A stretch of 64,000 nt of DNA, taken from Amoebophrya sp. A120. Its lineage: Eukaryota; Protista; Dinoflagellata. Position 1 is the stretch's first letter; the number at the start of each line of letters is the position of its first letter. The notes under the pieces were generated by a model. It was given only the letters and a program-made list of their open reading frames with translations, made no database searches and had not been told where the DNA came from. Made by a program: the position numbers and the translations under genes. The stretch covers positions 806,001 through 870,000 of the forward strand of contig CAJINV010000008.1 in the NCBI GenBank assembly GCA_905178155.1. The letters run 5' to 3'. Positions 25,829-37,347 of the stretch are shown piece by piece.

Positions 25829-28473
25829 ATGATGGGGCCTTTTTCCGTGGTGCGGCGCCGAAGGGCGGCTGCCTTGTGCTGCAGCAGTACGGTCCTCGCA
25901 GGCTTAGCATACGGGTACTCTTCAACCAAGTTTCTTCTGGAGCAGAAGTCGTCAAAAGGCGCCCGAATATCAAATGTAAAAATGTCTGGGTCTGGAAGAT
26001 TGTCAGGTTTGTCATGCACATTTTGCATGACTCCTGATGTCTGTGATGCATGCCTTAGCATCACAGATTTTGTGAGGGCTTCCTGATGCCTATACCGCAT
26101 GACAAATGCTCTTTCCGTGTAGCAAAACTTGGACTCTCTTTGCTGCTCATGCAATACAGATTTTTTTAGAATCCAAAATCAGCATGACAAGTTGGATTCT
26201 TCCAGACCCAGACACTTTTACAGTTGATGCCGAACGTCCTCACGGGTGATGACCGGAACAAGTAAGGTATTGAGAGGAAAGATCCCCCCTCCCCATATCG
26301 AAAAGGTATGTTTCCAAAAATTTGTGTTGCGGATTTGAGGTCACAAATCACCTCTGTCTTGCGAGAAGGCAAACCCAAAGAATGCGCCGCCTTATGGAGG
26401 CGATTTGTAATGCTGTTTCACCTACATGGCAGGCCTCTCTCATGCCAAGCGCCTACAAGAAAACACCCCTACGCACGCTGAGGCTGTGCCTGTAGTGCCT
26501 CGCTGCAAGACAGGGCTGATTTGTGTACACAAATCCAGCAACAGAAGTTTCCGCTTCAATATGGGGAGGGGGGATTTTTCATTTTGATATAAGGCGGTGC
26601 GCATTCGAAACAGGAACAAGGCAACAGCGGAGAAGCAGAGCCAAAGTCCTATCCGACCGGAAGGCATTTTGTCAAAACTGCAAGAGCCGGGCGTGTACTG
26701 CAAGAGCCAGACTGCCTTCGGACGGCGCGGCATGTGTAGTACCCCCGACGAGACGAACCAGGACACGGATCTCGCCGACGCCGCGGCCACGGTCAGTCTT
26801 GCGCAGTGCGAGGAGGACTGCATCGCGCGCGACTGCGACGCGTTCTCGCTGTACCTGGCCGCCTACTATGAAGACGGGCAGGTGAAAGACTCGACCGAGG
26901 AGTGCTGTACCCTCTACACGAACTGCGAGTGGGACACCGCCACCAACCCCGCCACCGATTGGGCGTTTGGCTACCAGTTCTACATGATGCTGGGATCTCG
27001 GTTGCGCGACCCCGCCGTAGAGCTCAACGCGACTGCTTCGTCTACGCAGGATAACTACATCGCGACCTATCAGACCGAAAAACGATGTTGATGCCTCATA
27101 GGTACCTATATCAAACTCGTTGTGATGCGTCGTTGGAGGTGTTGTACACAATCTCATCTTGCAACAAGGCAAGCAGAAATTGGCTTCAGTATGTCTCATT
27201 CGGTAGGCGATTTCTCCTGCCAGTGGTCGCCGTCGTGGTGTTTAGAGACGTTTGAAATGCTTCTCCAAAACAGCTAGTTGTACCCTACGACAGACTCCTC
27301 AAGTCGAGGGCACTGCTTTTTTCGGAATGCCTGATCAAAAGACAAAATGATTCGCATCTTGAAGATATGCTGTCTCTGCGTTCTTTGACTATGTATGTCA
27401 TACATAGTCAAAGAACGCAGAGACAGCATATCTTTTATCAGATAAAAGATATGAGGGCTCCTTGTTGCACTCTGATAAGACCATGCCGCTGACGATGGCT
27501 CCGGTTACAGACGTTGCTGAGCCTGCCAATACCTGCATGCAGACCGGGGAGAATGGCGTGGAGTTTTGGACGCTGTCGATGGCGGGCGGGCCCAGGATGG
27601 TCAAGAGGCTCAAGCTCTTATCGAAGAAAAAAGCTGTGTAGATGTGACTTTGCGTTGCAGACGATGCGAGACGGTTAAGTACACTTGTCAGGCTGGATAT
27701 GCTACTTTATAGGCAAGTTTCATGATACGCGTTTTCTTCACACACTACCTGCGCATGCTGTGCTGCCAGACAGGTTTGCCATGCTGTTTTTCTTGTTCCC
27801 AAAAGAGTTACACTAACACAATTTTTTCTTGCTGGATAGCCCTTCAACCGCAAAATAGATCCGGGTGCTGGGGTAGAGGACATCCTGTCCACTTCGACGG
27901 ACTTTTACGTTATCAAGGGAACGACCCCGGCCGGTGCACCCATCGAAGAAAAAATCGAGCACGGGAGCATCTCCGAATCGGGAACGGAAATTGTCCTCAA
28001 ACCCGCGCGACAAGCAACCGGCTTCAAGCTCCAGAGTGCGGTGGATAATATCGCAGGAAAAAATCAGTGTCTCAGAAGTACTGAGTTCCACTTTGTATTG
28101 CGAAGCTTTCTGTTTGATTCAAATTTTTCGCATGCTGGACACGCAACAAAGTTAGCTTGTTTCTAAAGCATCTTCTCACTCTGTTTGCTTATGACGGATG
28201 GGTCACAGAAGACTCCGGCTGGCTACACTCGTCGGGAATTTGTGTACCTGAAAGAATATGCAAAAGTCGGGGACGAGAGCAGCTTTTCTTTTTCCTGGGA
28301 TAGATCACAAGAAGCTCGTACTGTGCGGGATTTTTGTGGACGTGGTGAACGTGGATGATGTGGCAAAGGAGGCACAGGACACAGTCCAAAAAGTTTCCAA
28401 TGCTATCGTGAACTCGCCGGTGGAGGATTTGGAGGGGACGGTGGATGAGATGATGCGGTCTTTTATCGCCTAG
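25829..28473 (+). CDS. Secreted Cys-rich/discoidin-like protein, paralog 2; join(25829..25967,26235..26267,26595..27067,27483..27618,27844..28048,28308..28473)
   Basis: 1152-nt open frame after removing five introners. Aligns to paralog 1 (CEEDC...AFSL...CCTLY, FWT...LKLFNR, KLVLCGIFVDVV). Confidence 0.75.
25968..26229 (-). mobile_element. Introner family A, subfamily A2 (262 bp)
   Basis: Family A TIR, ends ATG instead of ATA, DR CCGAA. Reverse-complement homolog of 49648-49909. Confidence 0.9.
26268..26589 (+). mobile_element. Introner family B (322 bp)
   Basis: TIR core ATCCCCCCTCCCCATAT, DR TAAGG. Rejoin TSKAVRIR. Confidence 0.92.
27068..27477. mobile_element. Introner (410 bp) with short TIR TATCAGA/TCTGATA
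   Basis: DR CGACC/AGACC. Rejoin YIATMPLT is in frame. Confidence 0.8.
27362..27453. repeat. Perfect 73-bp palindrome (27362-27434) overlapping a second 27-bp palindrome (27427-27453)
   Basis: 36-nt arms around one T; 13-nt arms around one A. Confidence 0.95.
27619..27838. mobile_element. Decayed introner (family D-like, 220 bp)
   Basis: TATCGAAGAAAAAAG...TTTTTTCTTGCTGGATA, DR GCTCT/GCCCT. Rejoin LKLFNR. Confidence 0.8.
28049..28302. mobile_element. Introner (254 bp)
   Basis: TATCGCAGGAAAAA...TTTTTCCTGGGATA, DR GATAA/GATCA. Rejoin VDNKKLVLCG. Confidence 0.82.
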
Positions 28474-30015
28474 AAGCAGATGATTGTGCATATCATCATG
28501 TCGTTCCCGGTGCATATAATATTACCGAATGGTACGGATGATGACCCGATTGGTATCTTTTCGAAGAGCTTGCTTTCACTATGCTCCTCATGTTGGCATG
28601 CAAGCCGGGGCGGCTGACTACATGTGTTATTCTATGCATCACGAATATAATGATATGCTCCTTCTTTTCCGCGCGATACCTGTGCAAGACAAGACCGCGG
28701 ACCTGCTTGGCCGATAGAGAGTTGTTGGGGGCGCTCGTTGTATTTTTCGTTCTCCGTGCGAAAGATTCAAACCGAAAAACGAGCAGCCAGGGTTTACTTC
28801 GTCACAACCTGCACAACATGCTTCTATGAGATGGACAATAAGATTATCGTAAGAACTAGATCTTCTAGGACCGAGCTCATGAGGGCAGGTCGCAAGCCCC
28901 CGGCCTCAATTGGCTTGGGATTTAGCAATTTTTGGTGTACGTCCACCTCCATTTTTCGCAAGATTTCAAGAATCAGGCGATACCAGAGGGAAGGCCATTC
29001 CTCATCGTGCCATAAATACAAGTATTTTACAGAATTTTGGCTCCTCAAAGGATATTTTTTTTCAAGTTTGTTTCACCGTAATGCTAATGCAGGGGGTTGA
29101 AGCAGGGGGAGCAGGAACAGGATGACGGAGAAGGGAAAGATCTGCGCTTCATAGCTGGGATCATATCAAGAGAAATGAGCAGAGTTGGAAAATGAACGAT
29201 GTATCAGGAAATTATTGTCTGCGTTGTCGAATCCGAGCCGCTTGGCGCTTTTTACAGCGGTCATCTGTTCTGTCAGTCAAGATGAATTGAAATGCAACAA
29301 TATCGTTCGATTCGGATTGCTTGCGCAGGCCATGTGGAAGAGAACAACTTCAATTGCAATCCTTATCCCTCAATCATATCTTGTGGTGGGTGTGCAGGCC
29401 ACCTCCTGATTTCAATGCGTGCGGTATCGATATGTTGCGCAGCGCAGTGGATCTCGATATTGCATGGAACAAAATTATGCACGACGGCAGTCACGTGATC
29501 AGAGTTTGCTGGTATAATGGAAGGGACCAATACTATCTGTGAGTTGTTGCAATTCAAAATATCATGGGTTCCTTGGACACGGTCATAGAACAGATTTAGA
29601 TCATTGATGGGTGTGTGGAAACAGAGGGATCTAGAAGTAGATCCAAGGATTTGCATTAGGATCACCATAGTAGTTCCACCGAGGTCGGACGAAGTGCAGA
29701 AACTTCTGCACTATGATGAAAGAGGTACGCGAGGCGGTGTGTAGTCCTGGTTCTGTTTTACTTGCAAATCTTGCGGCTTGCTGCCCAGTCGATGGTACTT
29801 TGTGACACTTGTAGCTGCTATATCCATCTTGTGGCCGCCGTTGGTTATAAAATTTTTAGTCAAACCCGAGGAGTTACTGCGATGTTTTGCGATCCTGCAA
29901 CTGTAAGTCGGGAAACGTACCAAGTGAAAACCGTTTGCGTTTCTATCTCATTATCAACCTGTGCGCTTCTGTGTGCAATAAGTACGTTTAGCGCAACATC
30001 CGCATCAGCCTCATC

Positions 30016-31020
30016 ATGCCGATTCTAGTCAATCCGGAGTTCCAGGGGGACCTCGAAGCGCAGCACGTGGTGAACATCCTTGTGGGGCCAGCAGGCGGCG
30101 TCAGGAAGACCTTGCGCGGCTTTTACTGCCCTCCGGCTAAGAACTACACCGGTGGTGAAGAAGATGAGACTAGCATGGGCAGGAGCACGAAAGACGGTCT
30201 GGTGCTCGTCTTTCCGAATTATGCTGGACTGAAAACCTGGGACAGGGAGGTGGGCGCGTGGGTGAGTCGGCTCGGGTACCACGCACTGGTTTGCGACTAC
30301 TACACGGCAGAGGAGTTTCCGTACGCCGACCGGGAGGCCATCGAGTTTCCGCCAGGGTCTCCCGAGCGAAAGCGGCACTTTGAGAGGGGTATGCGCGTGA
30401 TGAATGACTGCCTATTGACCAAGGCGGCGTCCTTTCTGCGGCCCATGGTGAACACGTGGTTGCGGGAGGGCATCGCCCGAGTTTTGAGTAGTCGTGAATC
30501 ATCATCGCGGGCGGGGAGCGAAACAAGTGTGGTCGTAAGTACCTTAGGCTACTGCTTGGGTGGCGTCGCGGGTCTGGAGCTGTGGCGGTCCGGTGCACAA
30601 GAGCTCGACGCCGTGGTGTCGGTGCACGGCGTTTTGCAAACAAAGCCGCTCGACCCACAGGCCACGGCCGAGGTGCTCGTCACGCAACCCCCGGGTCATC
30701 CAGAGGCTCCGAAACCGGGCGTCAAGATTTTGCTGGAGCACGGCGAGAGCGATCATCTGGTGCCAGAGGCAATGGTGCGAAACTTTTTGGGCAAGGAATG
30801 CAAGGCGCACCAGGCAGCCGTAACCCTCCACGCGCACCCGGATACGCCACACGGGTTTGCGCTTCCTCTCGGCGTCGGCAACGCTGCTTTCCCAGATGCT
30901 GACCGCCAGAGCTGTCGCTCGATTCTCGAGTTTTGGCGCACCGAGGTGTTTCGCGAGGTGGAGACCGGAGGTGCGATGGCGTTACGGGTCGCAAAAACGC
31001 CCGCGGGTGTTCCAATATGA
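30016..31020 (+). CDS. Dienelactone hydrolase family alpha/beta hydrolase, intronless
   Basis: GYCLGG nucleophile elbow, VSVHG, HGESD, HGF. Confidence 0.85.
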   Translation: MPILVNPEFQGDLEAQHVVNILVGPAGGVRKTLRGFYCPPAKNYTGGEEDETSMGRSTKDGLVLVFPNYAGLKTWDREVGAWVSRLGYHALVCDYYTAEEFPYADREAIEFPPGSPERKRHFERGMRVMNDCLLTKAASFLRPMVNTWLREGIARVLSSRESSSRAGSETSVVVSTLGYCLGGVAGLELWRSGAQELDAVVSVHGVLQTKPLDPQATAEVLVTQPPGHPEAPKPGVKILLEHGESDHLVPEAMVRNFLGKECKAHQAAVTLHAHPDTPHGFALPLGVGNAAFPDADRQSCRSILEFWRTEVFREVETGGAMALRVAKTPAGVPI

Positions 31021-31749
31021 TGAATCAATTCAGGCTGGTAGTTCGCTTGTCGTATGGAAATGAGGAGCAACATGATATGTATGACGGCCCCAGATGATTT
31101 TAAATATTTGGGCACTCTGGAAGCGCTATGGCATGGATGAAGGGATCAGCTATATTGTTTTACAATATCTTCCTCGAGTTCTACTTCGCCTCGGAATCAG
31201 CAAAAAAAAGTAAAGCAAAGGTCGCGAGATCAGAATTGCGTCCCGCTTCCGAGGAATTTGCTATAGCCAAACACGCAAAAAGTTTTGCCTTTGGCGAGTC
31301 AATGGCTCTGCTGAAATTACCAGCGCAAGTAAGCCCTCTGATGCACAGCGCTAGCACTTGCGATGCCGCAGGAGCATCCGCGGGCATGGGTAGAGCGGAA
31401 AATGTGACGAGTTCCTGATGATATAATAAAGCCACATTTCATCCTCGAATGATTTGTCCTGTATGCAATAGTTCTGAACGTACTTTTCGAGCGCCAAGCA
31501 GGAATTAAAATTCTGCAGTTTTCGTTAAGTCAGAAAAAGGCGATCCTGGTGAAAGTAGATGTTGCAGTGAACTGAAAATCTTGTGCAAATCAGAATGTAC
31601 AGGCATTCAGCTCTTGGCGAAGCTTTTGTGAAATTTTTGTAAAACGGAAACCGAATCGGAACAAATCAAATCTGCTCGTCGGAGTACATACAGAATTCGA
31701 AATAATTGACCACTATTTTATATATCGGCACTACCGTGAAATCCAAATC

Positions 31750-32824
31750 ATGGACGGAACTGCAGGATCCAGTAACGGGCATGCTTCCCTGAAGCGGGAA
31801 CGCAGTGAGGCTGAGGATGTGGACGTGATCTTCGTGACGGGCAACCAGAGCAAAGTAAATGAGGTGAATCGATATTTTGAGGAGCTGGAGCAGAACGATG
31901 GTCCAGCTGCTGGTGACAAAAAAAAGAACAAGAAGATCAACATTCGTGCCGTGAAGTTGGATTTGCCGGAGCTGCAGGGCGAGCCTGAGGATATCAGCGC
32001 AGAAAAGTGTTTGCAAGCGTATCGTGAATACTGGTCCTCCCTGGAGAAGACAGCACCGGGTGAGAATAAAGCCAAAGACTTTGTCATCTTTACCGAAGAC
32101 ACCTCGTTATGTTTTAACGCCCTGAACTACGATAAACAAACCAACTCCGCTTCCGCCTGGTTTCTTTTGTAAGGCTGCGAGGAGAAGCTGAAGCAGAATA
32201 TTTGCATGTGTATTTTGCTATGTATGAATGCAGCTACGTGACGGTTGCATCGAGATTGATATGCAACTTTTCATTATGTCATGTCGTGCGGTCGAGTCAT
32301 ACTGATCGAGATCCATGATCATGTTGAACAACTTGTTCCACCGAAGCGGCCAACGTTTCAAAAAGAACTCGGTCTGCTTCAGCACCTGATGCGACTGAAG
32401 GGGTGGAGGGGGAGTTGTGACGCTCGATACGCATGGGCTGCCGGGGCCTTACGTGAAATGGTTCTTGGAGAAGACGGGCTGCGAGGGTCTCAACAACCTG
32501 CTGGCCGCCTACGAAGACAAAACGGGCTTTGCCCAGACCATATTTGCCTGTTGCGGCACCCTGTCTTGCTTTCAGGAAAACAAGGCCGGAAACGACGGCC
32601 CGCAAGTCCGGACGTTTGTGGGACAGACACACGGACAGATTGTGCCCGCGCGTGGAGATCCAAATTTTGGAGGGAAGGGCAAGGGCTGGGATCCGGTTTT
32701 CCTCCCTGACGACTCCGCGGAGCGCCACACCTATGCGGAAATGTCGCCCTCCGCGAAAAACAAAATTTCCCATCGTTCCCGCTCCTTGGCTAAGCTTCAC
32801 AAGTTTCTTCTGGAAATCTTGTAA
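31750..32824 (+). CDS. ITPA: Inosine triphosphate pyrophosphatase (HAM1/ITPA); join(31750..32127,32435..32824)
   Basis: [27 protein letters not shown]|[23 protein letters not shown]. Confidence 0.92.
32128..32429. other. Non-canonical intron (old introner relic) in ITPA
   Basis: Starts TAC, ends ATA plus 5 nt. No GT-AG is possible at the junction fixed by the conserved ALNGLPGPY motif. Confidence 0.8.
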
Positions 32825-33586
32825 AAACAGATTGACAGCTTCTGCTAGATGTTGGAGTGAGAGCTAATGGATAATAAATACTGCGGCTATCCCGGAGGTC
32901 GAGGTGGTTTGGGGAAGACTTGAACGAAATGTACTGGCGGCCGTAAAGGAGTACTTACACACAAAGAAACGCGGAATCGCAATAAAACTTTTGTTTCCAA
33001 TGATTTTCGTACAAGATAATCGGCAAAGAGTTTTTGCCACAGAAATGCATCACATACCAATCTTCGCAATTGCGTCACTGTTGATGACGTGAATATATCC
33101 CAGAGACTGCGCATAAAGTTTTAGCCCAGGAATACAGTCAATAAGTTCCTCGTTAGGATTTGATTATGTCGTTCCAGGCACTACTTCGTGGGAGACGAAG
33201 CCATGCCTGCGTGTTCATATGAAATTGCTCGTGGTATGACGGGACCACGTCGAAATCAGCGACTCTGCCATCGGTTTTCAAGTACTCTACACAGGAAAGC
33301 AGCGAAAGTCAGTGACATGCACGCGGCAGTGTCAGTGTACCGAGCATGGTGGTCTCCAGATTTGAAAGTCTGGTCATTCATCTGAATTTTGTTCGTGATG
33401 AGTGCGAACGTGCAGCTCTCGCATTGATCAGTGCTAGCCAATGAACCTCGTCTCAGTAATGTACTTCAGTGTCGCTTCAGCGTTCTACTTCTATTCGGTA
33501 AATTAAGTTCATCTAATCGCTTTCATTAGATCGAGGGAACATCAAGCAGCTTCGTAGTACAACTGGTAGACGAGTGCAGAAGCAGG

Positions 33587-36500
33587 ATGTTGTACGCGTG
33601 CATGCGGGAGAAACGCTTTCTGCGAGGTCTCAGCGACGAAGTATTGGAGGTTAAACACCAGGTGCAGCTTGCCTATGGCCAGTGGGAGGAAAGGGAACTG
33701 CGGAATCTGCAATGCGGGGATTTTTGCCGAATGGTTCTTGCAAGGCGTCTGGGGGTCCCGGCAGCGTGTGTCGCACTCCTGCCAGAGGACGAAGATACAC
33801 AAGACGAGGAGGAAGATGATAGCGCGTCTGGCGGTGTCTGTGAGAGCCAAGTCGTGAGTGACGAACTACCCTCCACGGCCGCTGCGCCGCGCGAAAGGCA
33901 AGGAGATCATGGCAGAGGAGCACAAGAGCAGACGCAGCGAGGCCAGGACAGCTCCTGGGATGAGCACGGCGAATCGTTAGCGGCTACGGCTTTTGATTTT
34001 GGCCCGCCGGAGCCCTTCTTGCCCTACAGTGCCCGGTTGTTTCCCGCGGCCGACAGTAGAACTTCTGGGGTCCCTTCCACCCCCAGAACCACGACACGCT
34101 TTCTGCGGGCGAGGTGTCACCGGGTTGTGGTCAATACGGCGTCATGGCGTCTCACGTGCAACCGTAAGGTCCCTTCCGAGAGGACACCGACCGTTGGCAA
34201 GGGGGCTGTCGTGCCGGATTTCGGAAATCGACGGCTGTACGTGCAATCAGTGCCATTAGGATCAGGGGAGCAACACCGTCAGAGAGTGCGGGACTTTATA
34301 TGCTGGAACGTTTTGTGTAGGCAGCAAGTAGCAACTAATACTAATCTGAATTGATAGAAGCCGTCGGCAATGGGGAAAACAAAATGGGTGAGAAGATATC
34401 ATGAATGGAAACAGGGTTGTGAATGAATCTGTGATAATGCAGCATTGCTAAGGGGAAAGCTAGCCGAAGCAGTTCTTAAATTTTGGTTTACTGATTTCGC
34501 TGCGTTGAACTGATGGATTCTGTATAGTTTGACTGCAGTAGCACTGTGCTGCCCCGTAGTTCCACGGGAATACCACAAGCGACGACGCTCTTTCCGACCG
34601 GGCCCCATCCGTTTTTAGACGGTATCCTGTTTCTGCTGGAAATGGAATGCGGTGTCACCACCAGTGACGCGAGTGGACGTGTGGCAGCGACTGCTGCAGG
34701 CCGTAGTGCGCAAGAACATGTTGGCGCAACGTCGACCCTAACACGGAAACTGTTGCGCAAGCCCATTCGCGTGGATCCGGTGGACCGATTTTTGACGCAC
34801 CAGCAGCTGCCCATTTTTCTGCAGGCAGCGCTGCGTTTCCTTTTTGAGAATCGCATGCTGCACCACGCAGGCTGCACCGCCGATGAAGCGAGAAAGGCCG
34901 CGGCGCTCTCTGCAAGTTCCGCAAGTATAAATGACCGGGAGGGCCGGGCAGTGGCGATCGCTTGTTCCTCGGTCGTGACTTCTGAATCTCCCCTGGCAGA
35001 GTTCGTGCGGGATGACATGGTCGCGCTCGTCGAGGCCGTGCTCGAGTGTGAGCTTGAGCAATGGTTTCATCTTGACTGCGCGGAGGACGCGGTTAATCCG
35101 AGCTACCACCGGCCACATTGGCTAGTAGACGAAGCGCACCGCCAGCATCTGGCGCAGTCATCTTCAGCTGCAACATCAAACGCATACACAGAGGACTCCC
35201 AACAAGATGCGGGTAGCAGCGCCGAGGAGGAGGCCGCAAGCTCATGTCTGTCGCTGCCAAAGCCAAAAGAAGTGGGCGATTGGGTTCTAGACGTGGAGCC
35301 ACCTGCTCCGTCCGACCTTATTCCAAGCCAAAGAACATCGGAGCACGGGGCCTCGTTAGAGCCAGACGCGCCGGCTGCTCCTTCACTGTCGCAGCGACCC
35401 TACTATTTGGGACTCTCGCCGGGGGGTGAGGACCCAGCACGCGAGCAGGACCAGCAGGCATGGGTTTCGTCCGTGTTGTTCGAACGAGACGGCTCCGGCT
35501 GCATTCCACTACACGCAGCGGTTTACGGTTTGACCAGTGCCCCTGCAGTGCCATCGGCAGGGGGGCACCGAGGAAATGTGTCGGCCTCCGCCTCCCTGAC
35601 GTCGCGTAGCAGTAGTTTGATTGCGTCGCGTCTGATGGAGCACGAGCGCACGCTCATGCTGCTTGAACGGGGAAGAAGAAGCACAAAAAGCGGCTTTGTG
35701 GAGAAACGAACACGGATCATGTCACCCTCGACAAAAAATCTGGCTCAACCAAAGGCAGGAGGTGAGACGGTCCTGAGACGAGTACTGGATGGGGAAAAAG
35801 GATCAACGAAGGTGCTTTTGGAGGACACTCCTGCACAACACCTGCGTACGTTTTCGCGTCACCGCATACGGAACTTGATGCCATGGCCCCAACGTGGCTA
35901 CGCAATGCAAAGAAATGCGTGTTGTAAGTACTTGGGATCGATGAGAAATCGATTGGCGACATAGATTCATGTCGGAAACGTTGGAAAAAGCTATCCGCCT
36001 GGTAGATAGTCCGTGTAGCATGAACAGGATGGAGATTTCAGTATGATGCAGCGCGAGAAATAAATCGCGACGGGGAAGTCTGAAAGAAGACCAACATGCT
36101 AATTTGCATTGCATGTTCTGCATACACCACAGGATCAGCTCGGGGCTGCACTATCACAATATGAAAGCTTCGATGAGGCCGCCGACAGTTTTGAAATGTC
36201 GACAGCTCCGCCTGGAGTCGACTCCCGGGGCGTGCTTTATTGGTGCTGGCAACTCTTGGTGCGAGACCATTATCATAGTGAGCGAGACTGCTAGCGTACC
36301 ACACGGGCTGCTCAATGAAGAGAAAAAGTGCATAATCGCAGCTGCGAGCAGCAGAGAGTATTTGTATGTTTGTCTCAAATGATAATGATAGTTAGATGTA
36401 TCTGATTCTGTCGCGGCGGGAGAGCTTAGCCAATGTATGGGCTGCTGTTTGCTTATTTTTTTTGTCAAACTCAAAGTAAGCAAAAACTGCACCGTTTGTT

Positions 36501-37347
36501 CGTGCTAGCGTGTTTGGCCACGATGCGCTTAACACGGGAAGCACGCCCTTCTACCAGGCCTGTGCAGAAAGCGCCGACGAAGGTGCGGCCTGCTTTTTGT
36601 TGGACGAGGCCCGCCAGTTTTTTGGCGCGCAGATCGAAGGTTTTTCCACCGGCGAAATTCCTGAACAGGGGGACAGCCTCTGCGATAAGGGACGAGATTT
36701 TACCCATGTTGCCGAAGAGGAACGCACGAACCGTTACTGGGTGCAGTACGTGCGACACGTCCTGCGGGTGCCGGCACGAAACGGCATGAATGTGTTGCAT
36801 GTGGCTTGTTTCAATCTTAATGTGCCACTCGTGCATTTTCTCTTGTCAGGTGTCAGGGACGTGAACAATGTGGAAGTAATCGACGCACCCCTACTCGATG
36901 TGAACCACGCGAATACCGCGAACGGCTGCGCACCCCTGCACTACACCGCTTGCAACTTTGGTATGCCTCGCTCAAGTCGTGCCCCTCTCAAGCTCTGGGA
37001 GTTGTTGTGCGATAGAAACAAGTAGTTCGGATAACGGACTTAGCAGCTCTGTCCTTCTATTTCTGCAGCGACAAGAACAAACCGAAGGTGACAGACCCGC
37101 TTTGTCATGCAGGTGCTGATGGGAATTTGATAGCCGTACTCCGGAGGGTTCGAGAACTGCGAGACTTGAGCAAGGCATACGGGGCCGAAAGACAGTCGAA
37201 GTAGCCCGATTGTTGCTCGAAGCTGGCGCCGACGTGCACCGTGCCACGCTGCAAGGGGAGACCGCGGTGACGCAGGCGCGAAACATGTCGCACAATCGGA
37301 CATTGGTCCGGCTGCTGACAGAATATGGCGCCGAAGAGTCAAACTGA
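33587..37347 (+). CDS. Large protein with C-terminal ankyrin repeats; approx join(33587..34298,34532..35898,36121..36270,36531..36961,37185..37347)
   Basis: GSTPFYQAC, GMNVLHVAC, GCAPLHY...EVARLLLEAGADV...GETA. All four breaks rejoin in frame under the TAY...ATR+5 rule. Confidence 0.65.
36962..37179. mobile_element. Introner family E (218 bp)
   Basis: 17-bp TIR TATGCCTCGCTCAAGTC/GACTTGAGCAAGGCATA (1 mismatch), DR TTTGG/CGGGG. Removal rebuilds an ankyrin repeat. Confidence 0.85.

Noticed and set aside
29030-29050. TTTTGGCTC as a dinoflagellate spliced-leader relic
   Set aside because: The match is too short and is not positioned before a recognisable CDS.
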